From Leucoraja erinacea (Eukaryota), in the NCBI RefSeq assembly GCF_028641065.1, contig NC_073391.1:5642001-5706000 (forward strand): a stretch of DNA of 64,000 bases, in the 5' to 3' direction. The position numbers and the translations under genes were made by a program. The notes below the pieces were generated by a model that worked only from the letters and a program-made list of their open reading frames with translations, ran no database searches and was not told the origin of the DNA. Of this stretch, positions 1 through 11,275 are shown in pieces; positions within the stretch are counted from its first letter, which is position 1; each line of letters starts with the position of its first letter.

Positions 1-124
1 CCCTGCCCCCTACCCTGATGGGCACACATTTCTCCCACTACCTCCCGTCATCCTAATCATCTTGCTCATCTCCCATCTTCCTTATGCTTATCTCCCATCC
101 CCGAGTCAAATAATGCCTTTTTAT

Positions 125-620
125 GTTGGAATGAACTGCAGATGCTGGTTCGCTCTGAAGATAGACACAAAATGCTGGAGTAAGTCAGCGGGACAGGCCG
201 CATCTCTGGAGAGAAGGAATGGGAGGCGTTTCAGGTCGAGACTCTTCTTCCGAATGTTTAGTCTTTCACTGACTTCTGGTCTCTTCTACCCATATCCCTA
301 CTTCTGGCTTTACATTTCACTCCTTGTCTTATTTTGGTATCTGACATCCCTTTGGCTCCTTTTCATCTCCAGCCAATATCACTTACTGCATCTATCTGCC
401 AGTCACACCGCCCCAACCTTTACCTGCATATCACTTGTCAGGCTTTGCTCCGCCCTTGTTCTCTGTTCCAGCTTTCTCCCCACTTTCCATCAGTCTGAAG
501 AAGGGTCCTGACATAAAATGTTGTCTGTCCATTCCCTCCACAGATGCTGTCTGACCCACTGAGTTCTTCCAGCCATCTATTTTTTGCTTAAGATTCCAGC
601 ATCTGCAGTTTCTTATGTCT
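125..620. mobile_element. Penelope-like element (PLE) terminal-repeat pair in inverted orientation
   Basis: Minus-strand pLTR at ~125-250 (GGAATGAACTGCAGATGCTGG...GACACAAAATGCTGGAG) and plus-strand 3' UTR/pLTR ending CAGTCTGAAGAAGGG...CAGCATCTGCAGTT at ~490-620. Confidence 0.75.
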
Positions 621-696
621 TGAGACATCAGATGGCAAGTTTTAGATGAATAAGTGCCAGCTTCCATATCTTTAGAGTTTAGAGTTATGTTAGTTT

Positions 697-1462
697 GGCG
701 GCGCCTAACGGCAGCGGCTCGACTACAGTCGTCTGTCTTTTAAAACATTTTTAGTCTTGTTAAATGTGGCTTGAATCTAGTTTTTAATATTTTTTAACTG
801 TGTATATGTGGGGGGTGGAGGGGGGGGGATGCTGGGGAAACCGTTAATCTTTTCCCTGCACAGGGACCCGACTTTTTCCCTGTCGGGTCTCCGATGTCGT
901 TGGGCCTAACATCGAGGAGCCGGCGGTGGCCTCCGGCCGGAAATAACCTGAGGGCTCCAGTCGCGGAGCCTGCGGACATGACATCACGGTGCTGGCTGAC
1001 TTCGGTGCGGGAAGAGCTGTGGTGGCGTGCGGCTGCGACATGACTTCGGAGAATTGGAGGCTCCGGCCGCAGGCCCGGTGGACAGGAACATCGGGAGCTC
1101 CAGGTCACTGGTGGGAGACCGCTTTTTGGAGCTCCTCCCGCTGGAATCATGGGGTTTAAAGGACTCGGAGCGGGGCCTAACATCGCCCTGCTTAAACGGC
1201 CACAGGACTTACCATCGCCCGCCGGGGGCTTTAACATCGGAGCCCTAGTTCGCCTTGACGCTGCAGTTGGACTGCTGGACCGCGAGAGAAGAATAAAGGG
1301 AAGAGATAAGACTTTGCTTTCTATCACAGTGAGGAGGTGTTGGAGATTCACTGTGATGGACGTTTATGTAAACTGTGTAAAGTTTGGGTTTTTTTGTAAT
1401 GTAAAAACTGTAGAAAATGCTATTTCGTTCAAACCAAGTTGTTTGAATGACAATAAAAGGCA
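697..1462 (+). mobile_element. GC-rich non-coding retroposon with Rex1-type 3' end (subfamily A); its (ATTCT)n tail lies at 3331-3362 beyond the DIRS insertion
   Basis: Shares GGGGAAAC..CCCTGCAC..GACCCGAC..GTCGGGTCTC and CCATCGCC.GCCGGGGGCTTT modules with the copies at 17503-18395 and 43781-44651; ends in stem-loop TTCAAAC-CAAGTT-GTTTGAA followed by TGACAATAAA. Confidence 0.65.
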
Positions 1463-3330
1463 TTTTACTTCGGAGTCACGTGAGTGACTACGTGAAGAAA
1501 CTCGTTCAGCTGCACGTGCATCATTACGTCAGGCGCATTGGTGCAGGCGGCCGGTTGGAGCAGCAGGAGCTCCTCCAGCCCGGTAAGTTTAAACTTCAGG
1601 TAAGCTTGTTTTTCTTACCTGTTTTATTCCTTGCAGGAACCTCTTGTTCCAGAGGCTTCCTGCCGGAGGATTTGCGAGGCCCGACGAGGGAACCAGCTAT
1701 GGGCTGTGGGGAAACCCCGGTTCTTGCCGCAGGTGCGGATAGCTGGGTTGTCGGGTGTCGCGAAGTCGGTCGCTGACGGGTGGTCAGTGACTTCTAGGCG
1801 CTCCGGGTGCCGGGAGGGTTTCCCTCCAATAGGCACATAAACGCTGGGGTTCCCGGGGAGGGGACCTCCAGTAGTCGGGAGCGTTTTTCCTCCGATATAA
1901 ATATAGTTGCCGGGTGTCGGGAGGGTTTTCCCCAATATACATATAGAGGCTGTGGTTCCCAGGTAGGGGAATCCAGTAGTTATGCGGCTTTCAGACCGCA
2001 GGGGTCCCCAGGAACGGGGTTAAATGGACCGGAACAGTCAGCCCTGGTGCTGGTAGGGTTTTTTCCCTCCGGTAATATATATATATGGGTGCTGGGATTC
2101 CCGGGGGAGGGGAAATCCACCAGCAATGCGGTGCCCAGACCACAGAGGTCCCCAAGATATGGGGTAAACTGACCCAAGCGGTCAGTCCTGGTGCCGGGAG
2201 GGTTCCCTTCCGGTAAAATGGAAAATGTGGAGATTGACCAGGATGGAGCCCTATTGAGAGGAGGCTCAAGCTTGATACACCCTAACATCAGGAGTTGTGT
2301 CAGTGCGGGACTATGGGAAAGTCTGTGCCAGCAGCAGGGCTGCTTAAAGGGGATGCTGAGTCTATGGCAGTGTTGGGCAGATGGGAGAGCCCGTGCCAGC
2401 AGCGCCTTGTAGCAGGGCTGCATAATGGGAATGCCGAGTCTATGGCAGTGCTGGCCTATTGCTCTAGGCCAGGCCAGCAGTGCCTTGTAATAGGGCTGCT
2501 TAAATGTATGGCAGCAGCACCTGTAGAAGGGCTGCATGATGTCTCCCTCATGGAGGAGGTGAGCTTACCAGGGCAATTTCTGACCCTGAAGGGTGGGCCT
2601 GTTGGAGAGGCTGCACCAGCAGCGCCTTGTAGTAGGGCTGCTTAATGTCTCCCTTATGGAAGAGGAGAACATGCCGGGTCAGTGTAAATTGGTGCCAAGG
2701 TTGAGGGTATAGCGTGGAGCATACCTCAAGGGATGAAGGGCACATGTCAGAGGTACGATTCCTGGCAGCAAGGTTGCCATCCCAACACAATGCAGTGAAC
2801 ACCACTATCAGGGGACGTTAGAGCCACCCGCCGAATCTTCTATTCAGGTAAGACCTATTCCACAGGCATAGACTTGTTTCTCACGGCATGAAATCACAGA
2901 GCTTTGACTAATCACAGAGACTAATCAAAAATCCATCTATCTCTGCCTTAAAAATATCCACTGACTTGGTCTCAACAGCCTTCCATGGCAAATAATTCTA
3001 CTTTTTAGAATAGAATTGAATAGAATAGAATAGAATTGTAAGATTAAACGAGAACTTACCAGTTTGAAGTTTGGTCTTTATTTTATGAGGAGTTACGATG
3101 AGGGATTACGTGCCCTCCGCTCCCAGCCCTCATTAAGATCATCTGGTGGTTCAAGTCTTCTTTCATTTTACTATCATACTTCAGTCACTATTATTATCTG
3201 TGATTTCACACCGCTGCTTTGAAGATTGACGCACGTGCGGCTGAACGGGCTTCTTCACGTAATCCCTCACCGTAACTCCTCATAAAATAAAGATCAAACT
3301 TCAAACTGGTAAGTTCTCGTTTAATCTTAC
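1463..3330 (+). mobile_element. DIRS1-like tyrosine-recombinase retrotransposon, internally deleted
   Basis: Left end TTACTTCGGAGTCACGTGAGTGACTACGTGAAG; ~1486-1525 is an inverted match to ~3222-3264; internal complementary region 3039-3112 pairs with the right end 3256-3330; ATT at both junctions; tandem sub-repeats at 1800-2650; no intact ORF. Confidence 0.7.
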
Positions 3331-3448
3331 AATTCTATTCTATTCTATTCAATTCTATTCTAAAAAGTGGAATTCTTTGCCATGGAAGGCTGTTGAGACC
3401 AAGTCAGTGGATATTTTTAAGGCGGGGATAGATAGATTTTTGATTAGT
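2920..3448. repeat. Long inverted repeat, ~193 bp arms (2920-3112 / 3256-3448)
   Basis: Reverse-complement match read directly, including the (ATTCT)n tract and CR1 flank. Confidence 0.9.
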
Positions 3449-3561
3449 ATCATAATTGTCAGTGGTTATGGGGAGAAGGCAGGAGAATGAGGTTTGGAGG
3501 GAGAGATATATCAGCCATGATTGAATGGCGGAATAGACTTGATTGGCCAATTGGCCTAATT
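3365..3561 (+). mobile_element. CR1 LINE 3' fragment
   Basis: GTGGAATTCTTTGCCATGGAAGGCTGTTGAG...GGAGAAGGCAGGAGAATG...CAGCCATGATTGAATGGCGG, matching other CR1 3' ends in the window. Confidence 0.8.
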
Positions 3562-3808
3562 AGAAACATAAAAACATAGAAAATAGGTGCAGGAGTAGGC
3601 CATTCGGCCATTCGGGCCAGCACCGCCATTCAATATGATCATGGCTGATCATCCAAAATCAGTACCCCATTCCAACTTATTCCCCATATCCCTTGATTTC
3701 CTTAGCCCTAAGAGCTAAATCTAACTCTCCCTGAAAACATCCAGAGAATTTACCTCCACTGCCTCTGTGGCAGAGAATTCCACAGATTCACAACTCTCTG
3801 GGTAAAAA
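3562..3808 (-). mobile_element. CR1 LINE 3' fragment with (TTTCTATG)-type tail
   Basis: Reverse complement of the CR1 3' end seen at 11474-11720. Confidence 0.85.
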
Positions 3809-3854
3809 CCATTCTATTTCTATCACTTATCATTTATGACCAAAAGAATGAAAA

Positions 3855-4245
3855 TTGATCTTACTGAAACATAAGATCACAAGGAGGAAAATTCAAGATG
3901 TCAAGATTCCAGATGATTTCATTGATGGAAGAATCTCCAAAGAGGAGTATATTCTCACGATAATGATTCGATCATTAAAATGTGGTACGCAATAAAAAAT
4001 AGTAGTGATATTCTAGTGGTGAATCTCTGGAATTCCCTGCTTGAGGGAGTTGTGGAAGCTGGATCATTTGAAGTATTTAGAGTGGAGGTGCATGCATTTA
4101 TGGATCAGAGGATCGAAGGCCAAGGGGAACTTGTTCAGAAGAAGGAACGAGGCTGAAGTAGATCAGTCATGATGATATTGAATGGTGGGCCAAACGCAGA
4201 GCAGAGAGACCTACTTCTGGTCCTTTTTCTAACGTTCATGTGTTC
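3855..4245 (+). mobile_element. Old diverged CR1 3' fragment
   Basis: GATCTTACTGAAACATAAG and GTGGTGAATCTCTGGAATTC (VVNLWNS) motifs. Confidence 0.55.
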
Positions 4246-4761
4246 TTACCTCTCATTGAGAGTGGATGGTAATAGGTTGGATTGAATTTGTGCACCTGTT
4301 TGTGGATGGGGCATACTTGCAATTCCATGGTATTATGTGGATGCTGGTGCTGTAACAGTATGGATCAGTTAATCAGTACCCCAGGACAATAGTTTGTATG
4401 TTCCAGCATCACTGCTGTATCCAGTGCTCTCAGATATTTATTGATATCAGGAGAAATGAATTCAAATGAAGTGTTTACCTCTTGAAGCCTACTGATTCAT
4501 GTTGTGCAAGGACACTCTGAAGCTTCACCTGGTCAAATGCTGCCTTGATACCAAGAGATATGATGCGATATGGGATAGAATATTCCTGGCAAAACCCAGC
4601 TGGATAGTGTGCAGGTTATCAATGATCATGAGAAAATAAAGAATCAAAAGCAGTGATGGGCCTTTAGACCCCTCGTTCAATGAGATTATGGCTGATCTTG
4701 TATCTTAGCACTTCCTTCATGCATTTATCCCTTAACGTGCAAACATCCATCAACTGTCTGA

Positions 4762-4887
4762 ATAGGAAGTAGGTGCTGGTTTAAACCGAAGATAGACACA
4801 AAATCTGGAGTAACTCAGCGGTACAGGCAGCATCTCTGGAGAGAAGGAATGGGTGATGTTTCGGGTCAAGACCCTTCTTCAGACTGA
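4762..4887 (-). mobile_element. PLE terminal repeat
   Basis: Matches the recurrent pLTR consensus. Confidence 0.8.
4851..4886 (-). ncRNA. Minimal type I hammerhead ribozyme motif (near-consensus copy)
   Basis: Minus strand reads CAGT-CTGAAGA-A-GGGT-CTTG-ACCC-GAAA-CA-TC-ACCC. Confidence 0.6.
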
Positions 4888-4989
4888 TTGCGTGTGTGAA
4901 TGACACATTTCTGTCTTTCTTCCATCAGCGGTCTCATATTTAGGCAGTGACCAGACTTCCAGTTGGATTTCAAACAGTTCAAATACTCA

Positions 4990-5450
4990 GTACCCACAGG
5001 ATGAAGACATTTCTCCTCATCTGAGTTCTCCAAAGCCAACCACTAATTTTGAGCCAGTGATTCCTTTCATTCGGCATTTCAGGCCAGGGAACTATCATCC
5101 CAGCACCTCCCCTGTCAAGCTGATAGAATATCATTTGTTGCAATGCCAACATCTCTCATTATACTGAACTCAGGAGAGTACAGGCCCAATCTTCTTAATC
5201 TCTCTGGATAGGAATCAATCTGGTGAAACTTCATTGCACTATCTCACTCTCCCCAAATATATCTTCCCTTAGGTAGTGAGACGAGACATGTGCACATTCT
5301 GCCAGGCATAGCCTCATCAATGCTGTATATAATATTTGTAAACACCTACATTCCTGTACATAACTCCTCTTGCAATAAAGGCTAACATACCATTTGCATT
5401 TCTAATCACTCCATGTACCAGCAAGGTACTAAATTTACATGATTGATATA
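4990..5450 (-). mobile_element. Old CR1 RT fragment
   Basis: CTCTTGCAATAAAGGCTAACATACCATTTGC (ANGMLAFIAR on minus strand). Confidence 0.55.
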
Positions 5451-5570
5451 CAAAAGGACAAATTTTGAAAACCAATTTTTTGTTTTCTGACCATTTTAAA
5501 TTACTTAACTTTTCTATTTGTTTTCTACATTGGCAACATTGACTTCACTCAGCATTTTATCGACCGTCTG

Positions 5571-5576
5571 CACACA

Positions 5577-5627
<51 letters not shown>
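5571..5627. repeat. (CA)n microsatellite
   Basis: Direct reading. Confidence 0.95.
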
Positions 5628-5629
<2 letters not shown>

Positions 5630-5739
5630 CCACGGAGGGGAGGCTGGCTGGACTATGGTGCCATCCTCACCTTGGTGCCATTTTTGTTATGTTGTGTCGT
5701 GGACTTTCTGTGTTTGTGCTTTTTTTTTTTTTTAAATTC

Positions 5740-5988
5740 NNNNNNNNNNNNNNNNNNNNNNNNNNNNNNNNNNNNNNNNNNNNNNNNNNNNNNNNNNNNN
5801 NNNNNNNNNNNNNNNNNNNNNNNNNNNNNNNNNNNNNNNNNNNNNNNNNNNNNNNNNNNNNNNNNNNNNNNNNNNNNNNNNNNNNNNNNNNNNNNNNNNN
5901 NNNNNNNNNNNNNNNNNNNNNNNNNNNNNNNNNNNNNNNNNNNNNNNNNNNNNNNNNNNNNNNNNNNNNNNNNNNNNNNNNNNNNNNN
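5740..5988. other. Assembly gap (N run)
   Basis: Run of N characters. Confidence 1.
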
Positions 5989-7455
5989 CAAGGAAAGCGG
6001 GGGAGCGCTAATTGAAATTCACACCCACGATGAACAGGAAGGTAAAAGACGGCTGGCACAGTTACGGTAAGTCCTTTAGAGAGAGCGGAGGGGGGTGGCG
6101 GAGAGAAGGGGAGGGAAGGGAAGAGAAGGGGGAACTGTAGGGGTTTTGGTTCCCATTGCTCCACTTCAGGCCCAACTGCCCGAAAAAGGAGTTCCCCTGG
6201 GTTCTAGACCTCGGAATTATGGTGGGATATGATAAAAGGTTGACTTGACCAGAGCGTGCTGATGAGAGAAAACAGAAAACAAGACGGACTCAAAGCAAGT
6301 CTAAAATTTACAGGCTTTATTAAACAATGAGATATCGAATCTCACCAACACTACATAATACGTGGCTAAACTTATGCTTTAAACTAAGACTATGGAGGGA
6401 AAATTATCGAGCACGTCGTAAAACTTACTTTACACAATTTTACTTACAAGTAGACCCCCTTTCCCCTTCTTCTCTCAACCTCTATCCTATTTTGGGAACT
6501 TCACCAGGTCACTGGGGTACTTACAGCTAGATTGATGCATGGTCGGGAGCCGACCAGCAGAGCAGAAAGAGCACGAGTTCTGGCTTGTCTCCTGCTTTTT
6601 ATACCCGAGTTTCTCCCTTGAAACCCCCCAGGTGGTCCTCTGGACAAAAGGGTCTTTTGATGATTCCCACTTTCGATCTGGCATGAACAATAGGCTTCCG
6701 ATGATAATGGGCTTGCTGATGTCATGATACCTCAGCCTGATCGTTATCCCATCGCCTAGATGGGCTCCCATTGTCCCGATGGATGGGTCATCCACGATGG
6801 TGATTGTCTTGCTGTTGGGCTGTTCACCCCCATCTGCTGAGGCTCGGTTCCTTCCTTTGTGTTTCCAAGATAATCTCATTATCTCCGTCTCAGCCTTTTC
6901 TGTTCACACCATTCGCACAGTCGTGTAATGCCCAGGCCCACAGACAGGTTTGAAACTGGTTCATCCTTTGTGGATTGGGGGTTTTTCCTTTGCAGCCAGC
7001 AAGTTTGTTTTAAAAATGTCCATGGTCATCATCCCCGAGTTCTTCTATAATTTTGGAGGATTTGCCCCAACAACAGGGTGAAAGAGTGGAGACACTTTTA
7101 AGAAGCCAGACAACTTTTAATAAAGTTTAGCATGCATTTACCATTACCAGTCCGCTTACTTACTAGCTACGATTGCCTTTGATTACCTACGATAGCATTA
7201 TGACCTACTATGACCTACCTCGACTAAACCCACGAGTAACAAAATATCGATTTTTTCCATGGCGACCTTTTTTTACTCGCGGGCATTTTTCAGCATGTTG
7301 AAAAAAACGCCGCAACCTAGCTGAGGCCTCGAGTACGCGGGGACTACTCTCGAGCAAAGACCTCCTAGGACCTCATGTCGACCATGCCACGAGTATGAGT
7401 CGACGGCAAACTCTTCTAACCTCACAAATTAAGTCGCCGCAGTGGGACAGGCCCT
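5989..7455 (+). mobile_element. Non-autonomous PIF/Harbinger-type element; left end lost in the gap, interrupted by a solo LTR
   Basis: Right TIR AGTGGGACAGGCCCT followed by TAA; body similar to 34050-34614 and 35744-36385; abuts a V-SINE head at 7456-7491. Confidence 0.7.
6136..7072 (-). mobile_element. Solo LTR (ERV or LTR retrotransposon), ~937 bp
   Basis: Termini TGTAGGGG...CCCCAACA; on the minus strand TATAAAAAG (~6595-6603) precedes AATAAA (~6316-6321); interrupts a colinear Harbinger-type element; no clean TSD. Confidence 0.6.
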
Positions 7456-8029
7456 TAAGGCAGCAACTCTACTGCTGCACCACCGTGCCGCTCAAAATGT
7501 TTAGTAACATCCAATGGCAGGTAACCGCGCTGTTCAAAACTACTTTCATCTATCATACCACCATATGAATAAGACTAGATTTAATTCAGGCAGTTTGCAT
7601 AAGGCATATTGTTGACATTTTTAATTAAAGACGGAATAGTTCACTACCTGCAAGTCTGATCTGAGTGATGGTTTGCCAAAGGATATACTGTATTTGTGTG
7701 TTTCCCTATGAAAGGCAAGGTTCCCATAGGTTGTTTCTTGATGATGTGATATTGTACTGAATCAAGCTCAAATCGGCTTCTGGGCTGAAAGTTTGCTCGG
7801 AATAAGCTGTTCATGCTGGAAATAAAGTGCGCTTATAATGAGGTATGTTATTCTAAGACCACTAAATATAAAATATTCCATCAGTATAAAGATATTCTGA
7901 GACCATTAAATCTATGGAACCATTTATGCATATTACCTGACTCTACATAGTAGCATTAAATAACTTACCAAAGTTGATCCTGAACTGAGATTGTCAAGCA
8001 AGATGGAAGAAACGTTTAATCAATATGCT

Positions 8030-8422
8030 CAAAAAGCTTGGGCAGTTTACAACTCAGTATAATATTGATTTCTTTAACTCTAAGTACCCCTTGCATCCCC
8101 TCTCTCTCTGTCCCTCCCCCACCCAAGTCACTGGACTAGCTTCAGTCATCTTGTTAAGTCTCTTTGTCCGGTTCCACCTAGCCCACAGCTAACAATGACC
8201 TGTTTCCTTGATCATTGTTACTTTTTTGCATATCATTCATGCATCTATATCTCTCTATATCACCGTCTATATCTCTCGTTTCTGTTTCCTCTTTCAGTCT
8301 GAAGAAAGGTCTCGACCCAAAACATCACCTATTCCTTTTCTCCAGAGTTGCTGTCTGACCCGCTGAGTTACTCCAGCTTCTTGTGTCTATCTTCAGTTTC
8401 AACCAGCATCTGCTGTTCCTAC
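8030..8422 (+). mobile_element. PLE 3' end (GIY-YIG tail remnant, 3' UTR, hammerhead-bearing pLTR)
   Basis: AATATTGATTTCTTTAAC remnant, then CAGTCTGAAGAAAGGTCTCGACCCAAAACATCACC. Confidence 0.75.
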
Positions 8423-8782
8423 CAACTCAAAAGTTAAAGCAGTTTAGAAAGTTACATTGGCAAGTGTGACATCTGTTAATCAATAGAAACTGTTTAACAG
8501 GGCAAGAGATTAATAACAGAATATTCATAAATCTAAGATTTTGGAAGCTCTTGATTTGGTTATGACTTGCTGTAACCACTGGCTTCTCTTCAACTGCACC
8601 TCCTTACTTGTGTAAGAACAGAGAGCTGCTGGACTCAAGGAATCCGATGGCGGAATCAACCCATCCTCTTGCCAACTTCCTGTGGCCGATGAATTCCATG
8701 ATTGCTGCATGTAACCTGAGCTGACAATATTTCTGAGTGACTGCACTAAACTTGCAACACTGGGCAAGTTGTTGTTGGTGGT

Positions 8783-9088
8783 GCACGGTGGCATAGCGGT
8801 AGAGTTGCTGCCTTACAGCCCTGGAGACCCGGGTTCGATCCCGACCACGGGAGCTCTCTGAACGGAGTTTGTCCATTCTCCCCGTGACTGCGTGACTTTT
8901 CTCCAAGATTTTTGGTTTCTTACCACACTCCAAAAACGTACAGGTTTGTAGGTTAATTGGCTTGATATAAGTGTAAATTATCCTTATGGAGGACAGTGTT
9001 AATGCGCGGGTATCGCTGGTCGCTGCGGACTCAGTGGGCCAAATAGGCCTGTTTCCGTGCTGGATCTTTAAACTGAACTAAGCTAAAA
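8783..9088 (+). mobile_element. tRNA-derived V-SINE (HE1-like)
   Basis: A box TGGCATAGCGG, B box GGTTCGATCCC, V core, CR1/HER1-type tail GGCCTGTTTCCGTGCTG..TAAACT. Confidence 0.9.
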
Positions 9089-9221
9089 TAAATCTAGTGC
9101 TGCCCTTAAAGGACAGGTACACTGTAGATGCAGCAGGCATTTGAAAAGTTAATCTGAACTGGGAGCTATATGTGAATGGAATATATTTGTATGGCGTATT
9201 GTACTTGAGTTTTACTTGATA

Positions 9222-9961
9222 CTAGACCAAGGGCAGACCCGTTGGGTCTGCTCCCCCAACGCAGCCATTCCCTATCCGTAGCCCCCACGGGAGACGTGGT
9301 CCTCCAACTCAAGCGGCTCAGGAATGAGCAGTGCGACTGGTTTTAAATGGCATCTTTGAATGCGAGATGCGGGCGCCAGCGGAGGCAACAGGGGGGGGGG
9401 GTGGGGGGGGGGGGGGGGGGGGGGGTGGGTTGGGGGGGGGGGGGGGGGGGGGGGGGGAGAAGGATTTAATGAAAAATGTGGACATAAACATAACAAAACC
9501 TAATGAGGAGTGGATAGTTGGAATGAAAAATGAAATGTCTACACAAATGGCTGCTTCTATGGGTGAGAAGCCAGTTTATTTTTGAAATATTGGGGGGTGG
9601 GGGGGGGGGGGGGGGAGGGATTTGATTAAAAAAGTGTACTTAAACACGCCAAAATGTAATGAGGAGCAGATACGTAGAAAGAAAAGTGAAATCTCTACCG
9701 AAATGGAAAAGATCTCGGCGATTGTACGTCTGGATTTGGCGTGGCAAGGAATCAAAGGAAGAAATGCAGCCGGCAGCCGTACATGTAAATTGATCCATTC
9801 CGATTGGACATCTGCGAGCATCGGCCATTCCGATTGGACATCTGCGAGCATTGGGCATTGTGACATCACACGATGGAACAAATCAAAAGGCAGAAAGGCA
9901 GCCGGACGGCAGCCGGTCGGATGGCACGAGAGTTTTATATAATAATAGATAGATAGATAGA
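9222..9961 (-). mobile_element. Non-autonomous Helitron
   Basis: Minus strand: A|TCTATC... 5' end; 3' hairpin GCAGACCC-AAC-GGGTCTGC then CCTTGGTCTAG|T; no TSD; internal 30-bp tandem repeat at ~9795-9855. Confidence 0.85.
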
Positions 9962-10461
9962 TGTATATACTGATTTGGATACAAACCAAAGCTTTTCACT
10001 GTACCTCAGTACATGTGACAATAATAAACCTAAGCCTATACAGTCAATGTTAAGTGTAGTCGGGAACTGCAGATGCTGCTTTAAACCAAAGATAGACACA
10101 AAATGCTGGAGTAACTCAGCAGGACAGGCAGCATCTACTTGCAATCTTAAGGGTCACCATGGTTGAAACACCACAAAGAGTACATTTACCTCAAAGGTTT
10201 AGTCAAAGTCAATGAATGCATTATCAAGTGCTATGTACTTCCAAATATACCACTAGATTCAGGCACAGCTAAATGCTCGGCATACTTATCAGACATCTAA
10301 CGACACCTTCTAGACAAGGACATATCTAAGATTCACAGGTTCATCTCGATCTCATGCATTTGCATCTGTTACAAGACTCATAACCACATTAGCTTGCACC
10401 TATTCTCAGTAATTCAACCATAACAGGATGCCCCCCCCACCCAACACAATGTGCAGACATA

Positions 10462-10711
10462 TGGGCCTGTCCCACTTAGGCGATTTTTTTGGGCGACTCC
10501 AGGCGACTGCCACAATATTTTCAACATATTGAAACATTTTCGGCAACAGTGGTGACAATATCTGCTGTCGTAGGTTTTCATAGGTTGACGTAGGCGTTGT
10601 CGTAGGTTGTCGTGTGTGCTGTCGTGAGTTGTCGCCAAGTGCCGAAGCTGAAATCCATTAAAACTAGTCCCTGGCAGTCGCCTAAAGAGTCGCCTAAGTG
10701 GGACAGGCCCA
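10462..10711. mobile_element. PIF/Harbinger MITE
   Basis: TIR TGGGCCTGTCCCACTTAGGCGA / TCGCCTAAGTGGGACAGGCCCA; flanks ATA and TTA. Confidence 0.85.
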
Positions 10712-11275
10712 TTACTGAGACACGTCATCCACTCTAACAGCCGGCACACTAATATAGGTAACGGGTGCCGAGCAGAGGAGGAAAAAACACAGCCAAGTTC
10801 TTCTGCACTTGTAGAGGAAATGACGGCTGCCAAAACTGGAAGGACTACCTCTGGGATCATAGCCAGCAACAGGAGTGAAATGACACGTGAGAGTAATTCA
10901 TAACCTGCGCTCCTTCTGCTGACCCCCCACATCTGCTGATCTCTAATCTGCCGATGGTACAGTCATGATCTTTCCAGGCAGACGGGATGTGCAGCATGGC
11001 CAGAAGAGGAAGAACAACGGGTAAAACGTTAGAAGACAGGATGACACAAACAAAATATCAGTCGCCCAGTTTGAGATTTACAGCGAGCAGCTCAGAAACA
11101 GCATAATTTAAGGTTAGGGTGTTAGTTTGCAGGCAACGGGGATGTTGTTCCGTTTGCCATTGTTTCTCATGTCTTCAAAGGTGATTAGTCTACTGGACAT
11201 CATCCACTTGGATTCGCCCATGTCTCCATTCATTTTGTAATGAGTGGGCTAGGTTGGGAGAGTTAGGTAAATCTG

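Noticed and set aside
794-2805. Overlapping 100-185 aa ORFs
   Set aside because: Arise from GC-rich, stop-poor repeat sequence; no recognisable domains
5518-6164. ORFs spanning the N run
   Set aside because: Artefacts of the assembly gap
8783-8860. tRNA-like A/B boxes
   Set aside because: These are SINE heads continuing into the V core, not tRNA genes
10427-10902. Possible plus-strand exon interrupted by a MITE (..NGCRAEEEKTQ..)
   Set aside because: Weak acceptor, no recognisable protein, frame depends on how the MITE junction is reconstructed
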